Assembly: GCA_035546775.1 (NCBI GenBank)
Contig: DASZWD010000042.1
Span: 5,781 to 69,780 of the forward strand
Length of the DNA: 64,000 nt
Origin: Acidimicrobiales bacterium
Lineage (GTDB): Bacteria > Actinomycetota > Acidimicrobiia > Acidimicrobiales > JACCXE01
Direction: 5' to 3'
Shown here: positions 30,901 to 39,413 of the stretch, in pieces
How the letters are laid out: every line of letters begins with the position of its first letter
Position numbering within the stretch: the stretch's first letter is position 1
Made by a program: the position numbers and the translations under genes
The notes under the pieces: model-generated
Seen by the model: the letters and a program-made list of their open reading frames with translations, nothing else
Told to the model about the DNA's origin: nothing
The model's database searches: none

Positions 30901-31705
30901 TCGCGGGGCCGTCGTTCTCGATGACAGCGTCGATGCCGTCAAACCGGATGAACGCCACCGACACCCGCCGGTGCTCCGGCTCCACCGATCCCGCCAGGTG
31001 ATCGCGCAACGCGACGGGGATCGCGGGACGCAGGTCGACGCCGGCGTCGCGCGTCGGAGGAAACGATGCGTCCACCGAGATCGACGGACGCGACCTGAGA
31101 AAGAAGCCGGGACCGGTGGCGTCGCCCACGAGCCGCGCCGGGATGCGTTCGGCTGTGCCGCTGCTGACGACGATCTCACCGGCGTTTGCCGTCTGCTCCA
31201 TCGCGACGACGCTCGAGGGGCCCGGTCCGGCGATCAGCAGTTCGCGGTGGGACGCACCGACGCGGAAGAGGTGCACCACGCCGGAGTGCACGCCCGCCGA
31301 CATCCGCAGCCGGATGTTGCCCACCGACGTTGCGATACGGCCGCTGCGTCCCAGACGCGCCCGCATCTGCAGCGCGCTGCGCACGGCGCGGTTGGCGTGA
31401 TCGTCGCCCTCGAAGAGCAGCAACAACGCGTCACCGCCGAACTTCACGAGGCTGCCGCCATCCGCGTATGCCGCGACGAGCAGGTCGGCAAAGCACGTGC
31501 TCAGCGTCTGGGTGAGTTCCTCGGCACCGAGGTGGCCTCGGCGCGCCAGACGTTCCGACAGCGCGGTGAAGCCGGAGATGTCGACGAAGACGAGCGACGC
31601 GTCGTCGGCGCGCCACGTGCGGTCCGGGTCGTCGCGCGCCCAGTCGACGGCGAAACGCGGAAAGTACGACGCAAGATCCGCGGCCGTCTCTACACGAGAA
31701 CCCAT
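27887..31705 (-). CDS. Multidomain signalling protein: tandem class III nucleotide cyclase domains + P-loop STAND/AAA NTPase + TPR-like repeats
   Basis: CHD1 (FVDISGFT, KFGGDA), CHD2 (RIGVHHG...MGDTVNLAARL), P-loop GEAGIGKSRLL and a long helical repeat C-terminus. Start trimmed to the ATG at 31705, preceded by GAGGGGG. Confidence 0.85.
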   Translation of the reverse strand: MGSRVETAADLASYFPRFAVDWARDDPDRTWRADDASLVFVDISGFTALSERLARRGHLGAEELTQTLSTCFADLLVAAYADGGSLVKFGGDALLLLFEGDDHANRAVRSALQMRARLGRSGRIATSVGNIRLRMSAGVHSGVVHLFRVGASHRELLIAGPGPSSVVAMEQTANAGEIVVSSGTAERIPARLVGDATGPGFFLRSRPSISVDASFPPTRDAGVDLRPAIPVALRDHLAGSVEPEHRRVSVAFIRFDGIDAVIENDGPAMAAEVLDELVTDVQAAVDHEGATFLGTDADKDGGKLIVIGGAPRALDDDEGRVLRAMRRVVERERRLPVRIGVHHGHAFVGEVGPSYRRTYTVMGDTVNLAARLMASAAPGEVRATRDVLDLAASEFVTTSLPPFLVKGKSRPVDAVLVGERVRRRTRALTDLPFVGREVERERLRDTLDEMRAGRGGLVDIAGEAGIGKSRLLREFLADAAEVPIVTTFCEAYEATTPYFAVRFLLRGALGLKTATDNAPAVLRAIVSGAAPELLPWLPLIGSVMSVEVAATPESEALDPQFLRDQTVRAVVDLLAAVVSGAQLFVVEDAQWVDDLSAEVLRAIAQRARSRRWLVCLSRRMDDTGYRPGDETTLRLLLDALDDTEARRLLQAAAGAAPGETLLRPDQVDVLVERAGGNPLFVEQLAHAAASGAGEATLSGSLEAVVAAKIDTLPPRDRQALRYAAVLGPMFEAARLAELVAEEGGEARAVAGRLRQFLEPSGTGWLRFRNECYREVAYETLSFRRRKELHAKAGASIEAALEDGTTEGFEILSFHFWHAQQYEKCWRYSRAAAERARDKYANVEAAVLYERALAAGGQIDGDLVPSAAQVYRSLAEVALIGNLYDQAKAALARARAFRKGDAPFLADVCRLETILAANRGQSANAARWVNRGLRLLEGDNRRAAVALRAELRMLRADQLHRANDNRRALAWAEQAIADAKASRNRKALARAYTVADLASARLGRPDAGRRLRAALAIWTELDVKKDEGDVRVVLGATAYWKGEWDEALDQFIRSRDAYTAAGDLVTAGYGTTNVTDILLDQGRGEEVTGLGDVINLWRSVGHPGPVPGALTNMGRAALQRGDVLKARDVFDQARWAAEDLGADTAEYDYWVAECMIREGEARDARTLLEHALRDETKKGGVLLLPRLHRGIGYAHLALGDPDAAAAEFERAVDAARANGSPYEVALGLDALVRVRPSDAAAAERDEVFIRLGVRAAFPPLVQGVAADGGGFAS

Positions 31706-31812
31706 TCCCCCTCGACGTTCCTGCAGCGCGAACGTTCTGTCAGTGCGAACACTACCGAGCGTGCGTCCTGTTTTCGGCGTGAAATCGGTCACACGCCTTG
31801 TAGGGTCCGCGC

Positions 31813-32355
31813 ATGGTCGCGGTCATCGTCGTGGTGCTTTTGCTGATCTTCCTTGTCGCGTTCGGGGTCCGCACCTTCAACCGCTTGGTCAAAAACCGCA
31901 ATTCGGTCGCCGATGCCTGGGCCGGCATCGACGTCCAACTCACCCGGCGGGCGGATCTCGTGCCCAACCTCGTCGAGGTCGTGAAGGGCTACAAGCTGCA
32001 CGAACAGCAAACGCTCGAGTCCGTCGTGGCCGCCCGCACACAGGCGCGGGGAGCGGCGGCGACCGGGGCGGCGGAAGAGAAGGTTGGCAACGCCGTCGGT
32101 TCGCTCATCGCCGTGGCCGAGGCGTATCCGGATCTGAAGGCGAACACGAACTTCCAGTCGCTGCAGAACGAATTGGCGACCCTCGAAGAGGACCTGTCGT
32201 TCGCCCGCCGGTACTACAACGGCACCGTGCGCAACTACAACACCGCACAGCAGACGTTCCCCACGGTGCTGTTTGCCCGGGCGCTCGGCTTCAGCCCAGC
32301 CGAGTATTTCCAAGCCGACCTCGACGCCAAGGACGCGCCCAGTGCGGCTCTGTAA
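31813..32355 (+). CDS. lemA: LemA-family membrane protein
   Basis: N-terminal TM segment, then ...FNRLVKNRNSVADAWAGIDVQLTRRADLVPNLV...YPDLKAN.NF..LQ.EL...E..L..AR..YN. Confidence 0.9.
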   Translation: MVAVIVVVLLLIFLVAFGVRTFNRLVKNRNSVADAWAGIDVQLTRRADLVPNLVEVVKGYKLHEQQTLESVVAARTQARGAAATGAAEEKVGNAVGSLIAVAEAYPDLKANTNFQSLQNELATLEEDLSFARRYYNGTVRNYNTAQQTFPTVLFARALGFSPAEYFQADLDAKDAPSAAL

Positions 32356-34144
32356 GGCGGTCGCCGCGGCCGCGCTGACGGTCGCCTTGGTCGCCGTCAT
32401 CGGCGGTGGGCACGCCGACGCGCAGAGCACCGGGTTTCACATCGCCCGGCAACGCATCTTCATGGACATCCAGCGCGACGGGAGCATCAACGTCGTGGAG
32501 ACGCTCGACGTCGACTACGCCGACGAAGCCCACCACGGCATCTACCAGTACTTCAACGTTCGCTTCAACTACGACCCGAACCCGAAGTACGAGCGCGTCT
32601 ACAAGATGCGCCACATCCATGTGACCGCCACCGACGCGTCGGCGCACACCGCGATCAGCGACTCCGGTCGCGTCAAGACGCTCAAGATCGGCGACGCCCA
32701 TAAGACCGTCACGGGCATGCACACCTACGTGATCAGTTACCGGCTCGACGGCGCGCTCAACGGCTTCAAGGATCACGACGAGCTGTATTGGAACCCGGTG
32801 GGGTTCGGCTGGGTGATACCGATCGACACGACGCAGGTGATCGTGCGGGCGCCCGACGGCGTGCAGCGCGTCGGTTGCTTCACGGGGCCCGAAGGTTCGA
32901 CGCTGAGCTGCGACGGTGCCGCGGTCGCGTCTCCCCAAGAGGCCGACTTCACCCAGGGCGTGCTGTACCCCGGCAGCGGCATGACGATCGTCGTCGCGCT
33001 CAACAAGGGGGTGGTCGATCCCGCCGGCGTGCTGCCGATCCTCGACGAGAAGTGGTCGTTCGCCCGCGCCTTCGCCGTAACGATCGGAACCGCGGGCGTG
33101 GCGCTGGCGTTGCTGTTGCTGCTCGGTGGCCTCGTCGTGCGCAAGCTGTGGCAGACCGGCCGCGACCGGCGCACCGGCTCGGGCGGCGACGACGAACGCA
33201 TCCCGATGTTCGACCGTCACGGCGGCCCGGTGCAGTACCGCCCACCGGACGACGCGCGACCGGCGGAGGTCGGCGTCCTTGTTGACGAGCGCGCCGATCC
33301 GCTCGACGTCACCGCGACGATCATCGACTTCGGCGTGCGCGGCTATCTCTCGATCGAGGAGACCGAGAAGAAGACGCTGTTCCACAAGGCCGATTGGAAG
33401 CTCACCAAGACGAAGGAGGACGACGGCTCGTTCGCCGAGTACGAGCGCCGCTTGTTCGAGGCGCTTTTCGACGGGCGCAGCGCAGTCAGCCTCTCCGACT
33501 TGCACAACAAGTTCGCCTCCGACCTCCACCACGTGCAGAACGCGCTGTACGACGACACGGTCGGCCGCAAGTGGTTCGCCAAACGTCCCGACCGCATCCG
33601 CGCGACGTACCTCGCGGGCGGCATCGTCGCGCTGATCTTCGCCACCCTCGTGGTGATCGGACTCGCCGCCTTCACTCACGCCGCGCTCGTCGGCGTGCCG
33701 CTCGTCCTCGTGGCGTTGCTGATGATCGCCACCCACCACGCCATGCCGGCGCGCACCGGCAAGGGCAGCGCCGCGCTCGACCAGGCGATGGGTTTCCGCA
33801 AGTACATGGCGACGGCCGAGGCCGACCGGATGAAGTTCGCCGAAGACGAGAACATCTTCGCCAAATACCTGCCCTACGCCATCGTGTTCCACGAGACCGC
33901 TCACTGGGCGAAGGTCTTCCACGACATCTACGGCGACAACCCGCCGCCCGGCATGGGCTGGTACACGCCCTACGGAACGTGGAGCGCGTTCAGCTTCGGC
34001 AACTTCGCGTCGTCGATGTCGAGCTTCGCCGTGCAAACATCGGGAACGATCGTGTCCACCCCATCGTCGTCGGGCAGCAGCGGCTTCGGCGGCGGCGGCT
34101 TTAGCGGCGGCGGAGGCGGCGGCGGAGGAGGAGGAGGCTGGTAA
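32342..34144 (+). CDS. DUF2207-type membrane protein with poly-Gly C-terminal tail
   Basis: Signal/TM segment, extracytoplasmic domain, 3 TM segments, C-terminal ...GFGGGGFSGGGGGGGGGGGW. The usual partner of LemA. Start set at the GTG at 32342. Confidence 0.82.
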   Translation: MRLCKAVAAAALTVALVAVIGGGHADAQSTGFHIARQRIFMDIQRDGSINVVETLDVDYADEAHHGIYQYFNVRFNYDPNPKYERVYKMRHIHVTATDASAHTAISDSGRVKTLKIGDAHKTVTGMHTYVISYRLDGALNGFKDHDELYWNPVGFGWVIPIDTTQVIVRAPDGVQRVGCFTGPEGSTLSCDGAAVASPQEADFTQGVLYPGSGMTIVVALNKGVVDPAGVLPILDEKWSFARAFAVTIGTAGVALALLLLLGGLVVRKLWQTGRDRRTGSGGDDERIPMFDRHGGPVQYRPPDDARPAEVGVLVDERADPLDVTATIIDFGVRGYLSIEETEKKTLFHKADWKLTKTKEDDGSFAEYERRLFEALFDGRSAVSLSDLHNKFASDLHHVQNALYDDTVGRKWFAKRPDRIRATYLAGGIVALIFATLVVIGLAAFTHAALVGVPLVLVALLMIATHHAMPARTGKGSAALDQAMGFRKYMATAEADRMKFAEDENIFAKYLPYAIVFHETAHWAKVFHDIYGDNPPPGMGWYTPYGTWSAFSFGNFASSMSSFAVQTSGTIVSTPSSSGSSGFGGGGFSGGGGGGGGGGGW

Positions 34145-34959
34145 TGGCATCGCTCGACGGAATGAACGCACTCGTTACTGGGGGCGGGTCCGGGATTGGC
34201 TTGGCTATTGCGGCGCGGTTGGCTGCTGATGGGGCGACGGTCACGATCTGTGGGCGCAGCGAGGAGAAGCTGAAGCGCGCGTTGGCGTCGCTGCCGGACG
34301 GGGCGCGCGCGGTTGTGTGTGACGTGCGCGACGAGGAGTCGGTGCGCGCCGCGGTCGAGCACGCGTCGCAGGGCGGCGGACTCCACATCGCAGTGGCCAA
34401 CGCCGGCACCGGCAGCGCGGCGCCGATCACCACGACGGATCTCGAGACGTGGAACGCGGTGCTCGAGACGAACCTCACGGGCGTCTTCCTCACCTTCAAG
34501 CACGCCGGCGCGGCGATCGCCCGCAGCGGCGGCGGCGCCATGCTGGCCATCTCGTCGATCGCCGGCGCGCTGACGCACCGCTACATGGGGCCGTACTGCG
34601 TGTCGAAGGCGGCCGTCGAAATGCTGGTCAAGAACACCGCCGACGAACTCGGGATGGTGGGCGTGCGCGTCAACGCCGTGCGGCCCGGCCTCGTGCCCAC
34701 CGAGTTGTCGACCATGCTGACGACCAACGAGCACCTCCAGCAGGATTACCTGGAGCAGATGCCACTCGGACGCAACGGCACGCCCGAGGAGATCGCCGAA
34801 GCCGTGCGCTACCTATGCGGCCCGGAGGCGGCGTGGACGACGGGTCAGATCATCAGCGTCGACGGCGGGCATACGCTGCGACGCGGCCCCGACATGCACG
34901 GCTTGTTCGAGCAGTCGGTTGGAGCCGACGCGGTTCGTTCGATGTTGCAGGGAGGGTGA
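34144..34959 (+). CDS. SDR-family oxidoreductase
   Basis: TGGGSGIG cofactor motif and catalytic Y..SK (YCVSKAAV). Confidence 0.92.
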   Translation: MASLDGMNALVTGGGSGIGLAIAARLAADGATVTICGRSEEKLKRALASLPDGARAVVCDVRDEESVRAAVEHASQGGGLHIAVANAGTGSAAPITTTDLETWNAVLETNLTGVFLTFKHAGAAIARSGGGAMLAISSIAGALTHRYMGPYCVSKAAVEMLVKNTADELGMVGVRVNAVRPGLVPTELSTMLTTNEHLQQDYLEQMPLGRNGTPEEIAEAVRYLCGPEAAWTTGQIISVDGGHTLRRGPDMHGLFEQSVGADAVRSMLQGG

Positions 34960-34963
34960 CGGC

Positions 34964-35839
34964 GTGATCGATCCGGCGCTGTCGTTGCTCGCTCGTCGGA
35001 TCTGGCGGCGGCTCGAGCCCTACCACGCCATCACCTACTTCGCCCCCGAAAGCCGCGCCGCGTGGGACGCCGTCGGCATGAAGGGCTTCTGGATGGGCTA
35101 CTTCGCGTCGCGTGCGGCGGCGATGGGCGCCGTAGGACCGAAGATGGTGACCGCCACCTTCTACAACTTCCACCCGAGCCGCGTGGAGCGCGCCGTGCCC
35201 GACTGCTGGGCGAAGACCACTCCGAACGCCGTACTGCGCGCCCGCCTCGACGGGATGGTCGACGCGCTCTCGGCCATGGTGGAGGTGGACCTCGAGGCCG
35301 TCGCTCTGCTCGCGCCGCTGGCACGTACGATCGCCGAAGCGGTGAGCAACGACATCGCCGGACGCCCGCTGTTCGCCGCGCACGCGGAGTTGGACTGGCC
35401 CGAGGAGGGCGCGGCGCTCCAGGCGTGGTGGGCGGCGACGCTCATTCGCGAGCATCGGGGCGACGGCCACGTCGCGGCGCTCGTCGACGCGGGGATCGGA
35501 CCGTGCGAGGCACTCGTGCTGCAGTCGACCTACACGGCCATCCCGCGCGAAACACTGCAAGGCACGCGCAACTGGCCCGACGACGAGTGGGCGCTCGGCG
35601 TCGAGTCGTTGATCGAGCGCGGCTGGCTCGAACCCGATGGCTCGGGCAACGACCGCGGCCGCGAAGGCCTCGCCGCCATCGAGCGACGGACCGACGACCT
35701 GGCGGCGCGACCGCTGTCGATGATCGGGGTCGACGCCGCCGCCGCCCTCGCCGAAGCCGCACTGCCGGTCGCCGAGGGCGTCATGAAGAGCGGCGTCGTC
35801 CCCTCCATCAACCCGATCTTCGGCGACGAGTTGAGCTAG
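34964..35839 (+). CDS. Conserved actinobacterial hypothetical protein (resembles the 'SCO6745 family', from memory)
   Basis: ...LEPYHAITYFAPE...GMKGFWMGYFASRAAAMG.... GTG at 34964, preceded by GGAGGG. Confidence 0.55.
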   Translation: MIDPALSLLARRIWRRLEPYHAITYFAPESRAAWDAVGMKGFWMGYFASRAAAMGAVGPKMVTATFYNFHPSRVERAVPDCWAKTTPNAVLRARLDGMVDALSAMVEVDLEAVALLAPLARTIAEAVSNDIAGRPLFAAHAELDWPEEGAALQAWWAATLIREHRGDGHVAALVDAGIGPCEALVLQSTYTAIPRETLQGTRNWPDDEWALGVESLIERGWLEPDGSGNDRGREGLAAIERRTDDLAARPLSMIGVDAAAALAEAALPVAEGVMKSGVVPSINPIFGDELS

Positions 35840-36927
35840 CCGACCAGCAGATCCTGCACGAGCGCGGCTAGGAGGCGCGTGCGGTCGAGCATGGTCGCGG
35901 CCACGACGTGCTCGGTGCGGGCGTGGGCGCCGTCGCCGTCAGCACCGAGACCGTCGAGGGTCGGCACGCCGATGCCGGCGGTGAAGTTGCCGTCGCTCCC
36001 ACCACCTACAGCGACGTGGCGCAGCGGTTGCAGCCCGAGGTCGGCGGCAAGCCGCTGGGCGCGGGCGAACAGGGACGCCGACGCCGACGGCTCGAGCGGC
36101 GGGCGGTTGATGCCACCCGACCACGCGAAGGTGGTGCCCTCGACCGTTGGTTGCAGCGCGCGCAGCGCTGCGTCGACGCGTTCGAGTTCTGCTTGGGTCT
36201 GACCACGCACGTCGACTTCGACCGCCGCCTGGGCGGGTACGACGTTGCGCGTGGTCCCGGCGCTCGCTGTCGTGGGCGTCACGGTCGTGCCCTTGGGCGC
36301 GTCGGCCGCCGCGGTGATGCCGCGCACGGCGTCGGCGAGGGCCACGAGGGCGTTGGCGCCCTTCTCCGGTTCGAGCCCGGCGTGGGCGGCGCGCCCCGCA
36401 ATGTCGAGGCGGTAAAACCCCACGCCTTTGCGCGCCGTCTTCAGCGCCCCCTGGTGCGGTGGCTCGAGGACAAGCGCGGCACGTGCCCCGCGCGCCGTGT
36501 CCTCGATCAGCGCCCGTGAGGTGAGGGACCCCGTCTCCTCGTCGCTGTTGAGGAGCAGTGCGGCGCCGTCAAGGTCGTCGAGTGACGCCAGCGCGTGCAG
36601 CGCCATGACGACGCCTGCCTTCATGTCGAAGCACCCGGGCCCCGTCACCACACCGTCGTTCACCGCGAACGGCAATTCAGCGAGCGCGCCGAGCGGCCAC
36701 ACGGTGTCGAAGTGTCCGACGAGGAGCACGCGCGTCGGTGCCTCGCCAAAGCGCCAGCGCAGGTGCGGCGATCCCTCGACGACGATGCGTTCCGGCGCGA
36801 CGCCAAGCACGCGGCCGGCGAGCTGCGCGACGGCGTCGGCGCAGCGATGGCAGGCGTCCTTGTCGGCCGACGGCGACTCGACCGTCACGAGCTGCTCGAG
36901 GTCGGCGAGCAGGACCGGCAACTGCAT
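35836..36927 (-). CDS. M20-family metallopeptidase (carboxypeptidase G2/ArgE-like)
   Basis: ...VLLVGHFDTVWPLG...LLLNSDEETGS...GGSDGNF.... The start shares 1 nt with the upstream S8 stop (TGATG). Confidence 0.85.
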   Translation of the reverse strand: MQLPVLLADLEQLVTVESPSADKDACHRCADAVAQLAGRVLGVAPERIVVEGSPHLRWRFGEAPTRVLLVGHFDTVWPLGALAELPFAVNDGVVTGPGCFDMKAGVVMALHALASLDDLDGAALLLNSDEETGSLTSRALIEDTARGARAALVLEPPHQGALKTARKGVGFYRLDIAGRAAHAGLEPEKGANALVALADAVRGITAAADAPKGTTVTPTTASAGTTRNVVPAQAAVEVDVRGQTQAELERVDAALRALQPTVEGTTFAWSGGINRPPLEPSASASLFARAQRLAADLGLQPLRHVAVGGGSDGNFTAGIGVPTLDGLGADGDGAHARTEHVVAATMLDRTRLLAALVQDLLVG

Positions 36928-38741
36928 CAGGACAGGGTGACGGTCAACTGCACGGTGCCGCTGCCTTTCACCTTCTTCACGCGCACGTACCAGTAACCGC
37001 TCGCCGGGCTCGCCGTCGTGCAGTTCTCGGCGTCACCGGCGCTGCTCGACCGGCAGTCGTACTTCTTGTTCGTCGGCTCCGCGTTGCGGCGCGTGTAGAG
37101 GTCGACGTTGGCGGGGCACGACGAGCTGCACGCCGTGACCGCCGTGATCTGGCTCGTGCCCGTCGGCACGTTGATCTTGAAATACACCGACTTCGCTGAC
37201 GAGTTCACCGTGGCGTTCACCATCTGGCCGCTCGTGATCGTGGGCACCGACGGATCGGGATCACCGCTCGAACCGGTCGTGAAGTTCGCCGACGTGTGCG
37301 CCGTACCGCCGTGTCCGTCGTTGACCGTCAACGTGATGCTGTAGGTGCCCGACGTCGCATACGTGTGGGTCGTGGTCTTGCCCGTGCCCGTGCCCCCGTC
37401 GCCGAAGTCCCAGGCATAGGTCAGCGTGTCGCCGTCCGGATCGCTCGACGTGCTGGCGTCCACCGCTACGCCCAGCTCGCCCGACGCGCTCGTGGTGAAC
37501 GCGGCCGTCGGGTTCTGGTTGGCGGGCGGCGCAACATTGCACACCGACTGCACGAGCTTGTCGGCGCGCGCCAGGCCGTTGCCATAGGCATTGTCGCGGC
37601 CGGCGGTCCCGAGATCGTCGGCCGTCGAATACAACGCGTTGACGACGGTGTCGCGCGTCGTGCCCGCGGGCGCACACCCGAGGGCGAGCGCCAGCGCGCC
37701 CGCGACTCCGGGCGTCGCCATCGAGGTGCCGCTGAGCGACGAGTAGGTGGAGTTGCTGCCGGTGTAGGTGGACAGCACGTTGCTGCCCGGCGCCATGATG
37801 TCGAGCTGCGCGCCCCCGTCGGAATAGCTGGCCCGCACCTTGTTGCTGGTGAGCGCTCCCACTGCGATCACGTTCGGATACGCACCCGGATAATCGGTGC
37901 CGTTGTTCTGCCCGTCGTTGCCGGCCGCAGCCACGAGGATGACACCCTTGTTGTAGGCGTAGTTGACCGCGTTCTGCATCGCCGTCGAACCGGCGCCGCC
38001 GATGCTCATGGAGATGATGCTGGCGCCCTGGTCGGCGGCGTCCATGATCGCCTGGGCGATGTCGGCGTCGCTGCCGGAGCAACTGCTGCTGAAGAACGAA
38101 CTGTCGAGCGCCTTCATCTCGAGGATCTTCACTTGCGCCTCGCCGGCGATGCCGAGACCGTTGTTGGTGGTGGCGCCCAGGATGCCGGCGGTGTGGGTGC
38201 CGTGGCCACAGTTGTCGTCCGGGTTCGTGTCGCCGTTCGCGTAGTCGTGGCCCTGGAGAATGCGCGCCCCCGCGAGGTCCTCGTGCGTCTTGAGAATGCC
38301 GGTGTCGACGAGGGCCACGGTGATCGCCGTCGACCCGTACCCGACCTCACTCCACGCCGTCGGGAAGCCCATCATCTGCGGGCCGTACTGCTGGGCGAGC
38401 TTCGGGTCGTTCGGCGCCGCCTCGGTGTGCAGCAAGGCGTTGTCCTCGACGTAGGCGACGCCGGGGATGCTCGCCAGCGCCGTGCGTGCCGCACCTACCG
38501 TCGGCACCGACACCGTGACGAACGAACCGTTGCGCGACACGCGCGTCACGGCCAGACCCGCCAGCCGCTCGCCGATGTTCAGCGCCGGCAGGAAACCAGG
38601 TTGAAAACCGATGATCGCCTCGCCAATGGACGTCGCGGCGTCGGGCACGACGTCAGCCGATGCCGGCGGCGCGGCGCCGATCGCCGCCTCGCCGAACACC
38701 ATCAACGCCGCGAGCGAGACCACCAACAGGATTTTTCGCAC
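36927..38741 (-). CDS. Secreted S8 (subtilisin-like) serine peptidase with PKD and PPC-like C-terminal domains
   Basis: Signal peptide. Catalytic DTGI, HGTHTAG and SGTSMATP. PKD repeat DPDGDTLTYAWDFGDG...YSITLTVNDGHGG. Confidence 0.92.
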   Translation of the reverse strand: MRKILLVVSLAALMVFGEAAIGAAPPASADVVPDAATSIGEAIIGFQPGFLPALNIGERLAGLAVTRVSRNGSFVTVSVPTVGAARTALASIPGVAYVEDNALLHTEAAPNDPKLAQQYGPQMMGFPTAWSEVGYGSTAITVALVDTGILKTHEDLAGARILQGHDYANGDTNPDDNCGHGTHTAGILGATTNNGLGIAGEAQVKILEMKALDSSFFSSSCSGSDADIAQAIMDAADQGASIISMSIGGAGSTAMQNAVNYAYNKGVILVAAAGNDGQNNGTDYPGAYPNVIAVGALTSNKVRASYSDGGAQLDIMAPGSNVLSTYTGSNSTYSSLSGTSMATPGVAGALALALGCAPAGTTRDTVVNALYSTADDLGTAGRDNAYGNGLARADKLVQSVCNVAPPANQNPTAAFTTSASGELGVAVDASTSSDPDGDTLTYAWDFGDGGTGTGKTTTHTYATSGTYSITLTVNDGHGGTAHTSANFTTGSSGDPDPSVPTITSGQMVNATVNSSAKSVYFKINVPTGTSQITAVTACSSSCPANVDLYTRRNAEPTNKKYDCRSSSAGDAENCTTASPASGYWYVRVKKVKGSGTVQLTVTLS

Positions 38742-38750
38742 CGCGGCAGG

Positions 38751-39413
38751 TTAAACGAGCAGTCCTACCCAAAGGGCTCGCGGTCCGTGCACGCCGAGCG
38801 TGATGATGAGCTCGATATCGGCGGATCGGCTCGGTCCGGTGATCTGCACCAGGTTCGACGGCATGGGCACGCCCAGCGGTCGCCACAGGTCGCCGGGGTC
38901 ACGCACGACGCTGTCCGCCCGGAGGAGGGCAACGTGCATCGGTGGCAGCAGGCTGGCCGTACGGCCACCCGCACGGCCGGAGTCGACCACGATCGAGCCG
39001 GTACGGGCGACACCGGCGCGGGCACCGGTGAAGCCGATATCAGCGGTAGCCGCCGCCGCGGCGTCGGTGAACGCGACCAAGTCGACGTCGGTTCGTTGGC
39101 CGAGCGCGTACGCCACCGCCGCGCACTCGGGCTCGTCGGTGAGCAGCACGCGGACGCGCGTCTTGTCGCCTTTGGCGGCATCCAACGCATCGTCGACGAA
39201 CGTGGTGAACGCCACGGGGTCGGCCAGCGAGCGCACGACGCCGCCGAGCCCTTCGAGTGCGGCGGCGAAATCGGGCTCCGTCGCGTAGGCGACGACGGGC
39301 GGGCCGGAAGGCGGCAACGGCGTGACGGGGCGGGCGTGTCCGGTTGTGGGTGCGGCGACGGCGCGGCGGATGCGTCCGAGAAACGCGGCGCGGTCGCCCG
39401 TCTCGCGCGTCAC
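38751..39413 (-). CDS. lutC: LUD-domain protein, LutC-like
   Basis: ...VQITGPSRSADIELIITLGVHGPRAL.... GTGA overlap with LutB. Confidence 0.78.
   Translation of the reverse strand: MTRETGDRAAFLGRIRRAVAAPTTGHARPVTPLPPSGPPVVAYATEPDFAAALEGLGGVVRSLADPVAFTTFVDDALDAAKGDKTRVRVLLTDEPECAAVAYALGQRTDVDLVAFTDAAAAATADIGFTGARAGVARTGSIVVDSGRAGGRTASLLPPMHVALLRADSVVRDPGDLWRPLGVPMPSNLVQITGPSRSADIELIITLGVHGPRALWVGLLV

Noticed and set aside
29648-31846. 732-aa plus-strand ORF. Similar long ORFs occur at 24860-26632(-), 32291-34171(-), 37296-39566(+), 39344-41128(+) and 43857-46142(+).
   Set aside because: All are antisense to genes with strong family motifs. They have low-complexity R/G/A/D/H composition and no motifs, so I treated them as shadow ORFs.
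34064-34141. GGC/GGA triplet repeat tract, considered as a tandem or CRISPR-like repeat.
   Set aside because: It is in frame and encodes the poly-Gly C-terminal tail typical of DUF2207 proteins. There is no spacer/repeat organisation.
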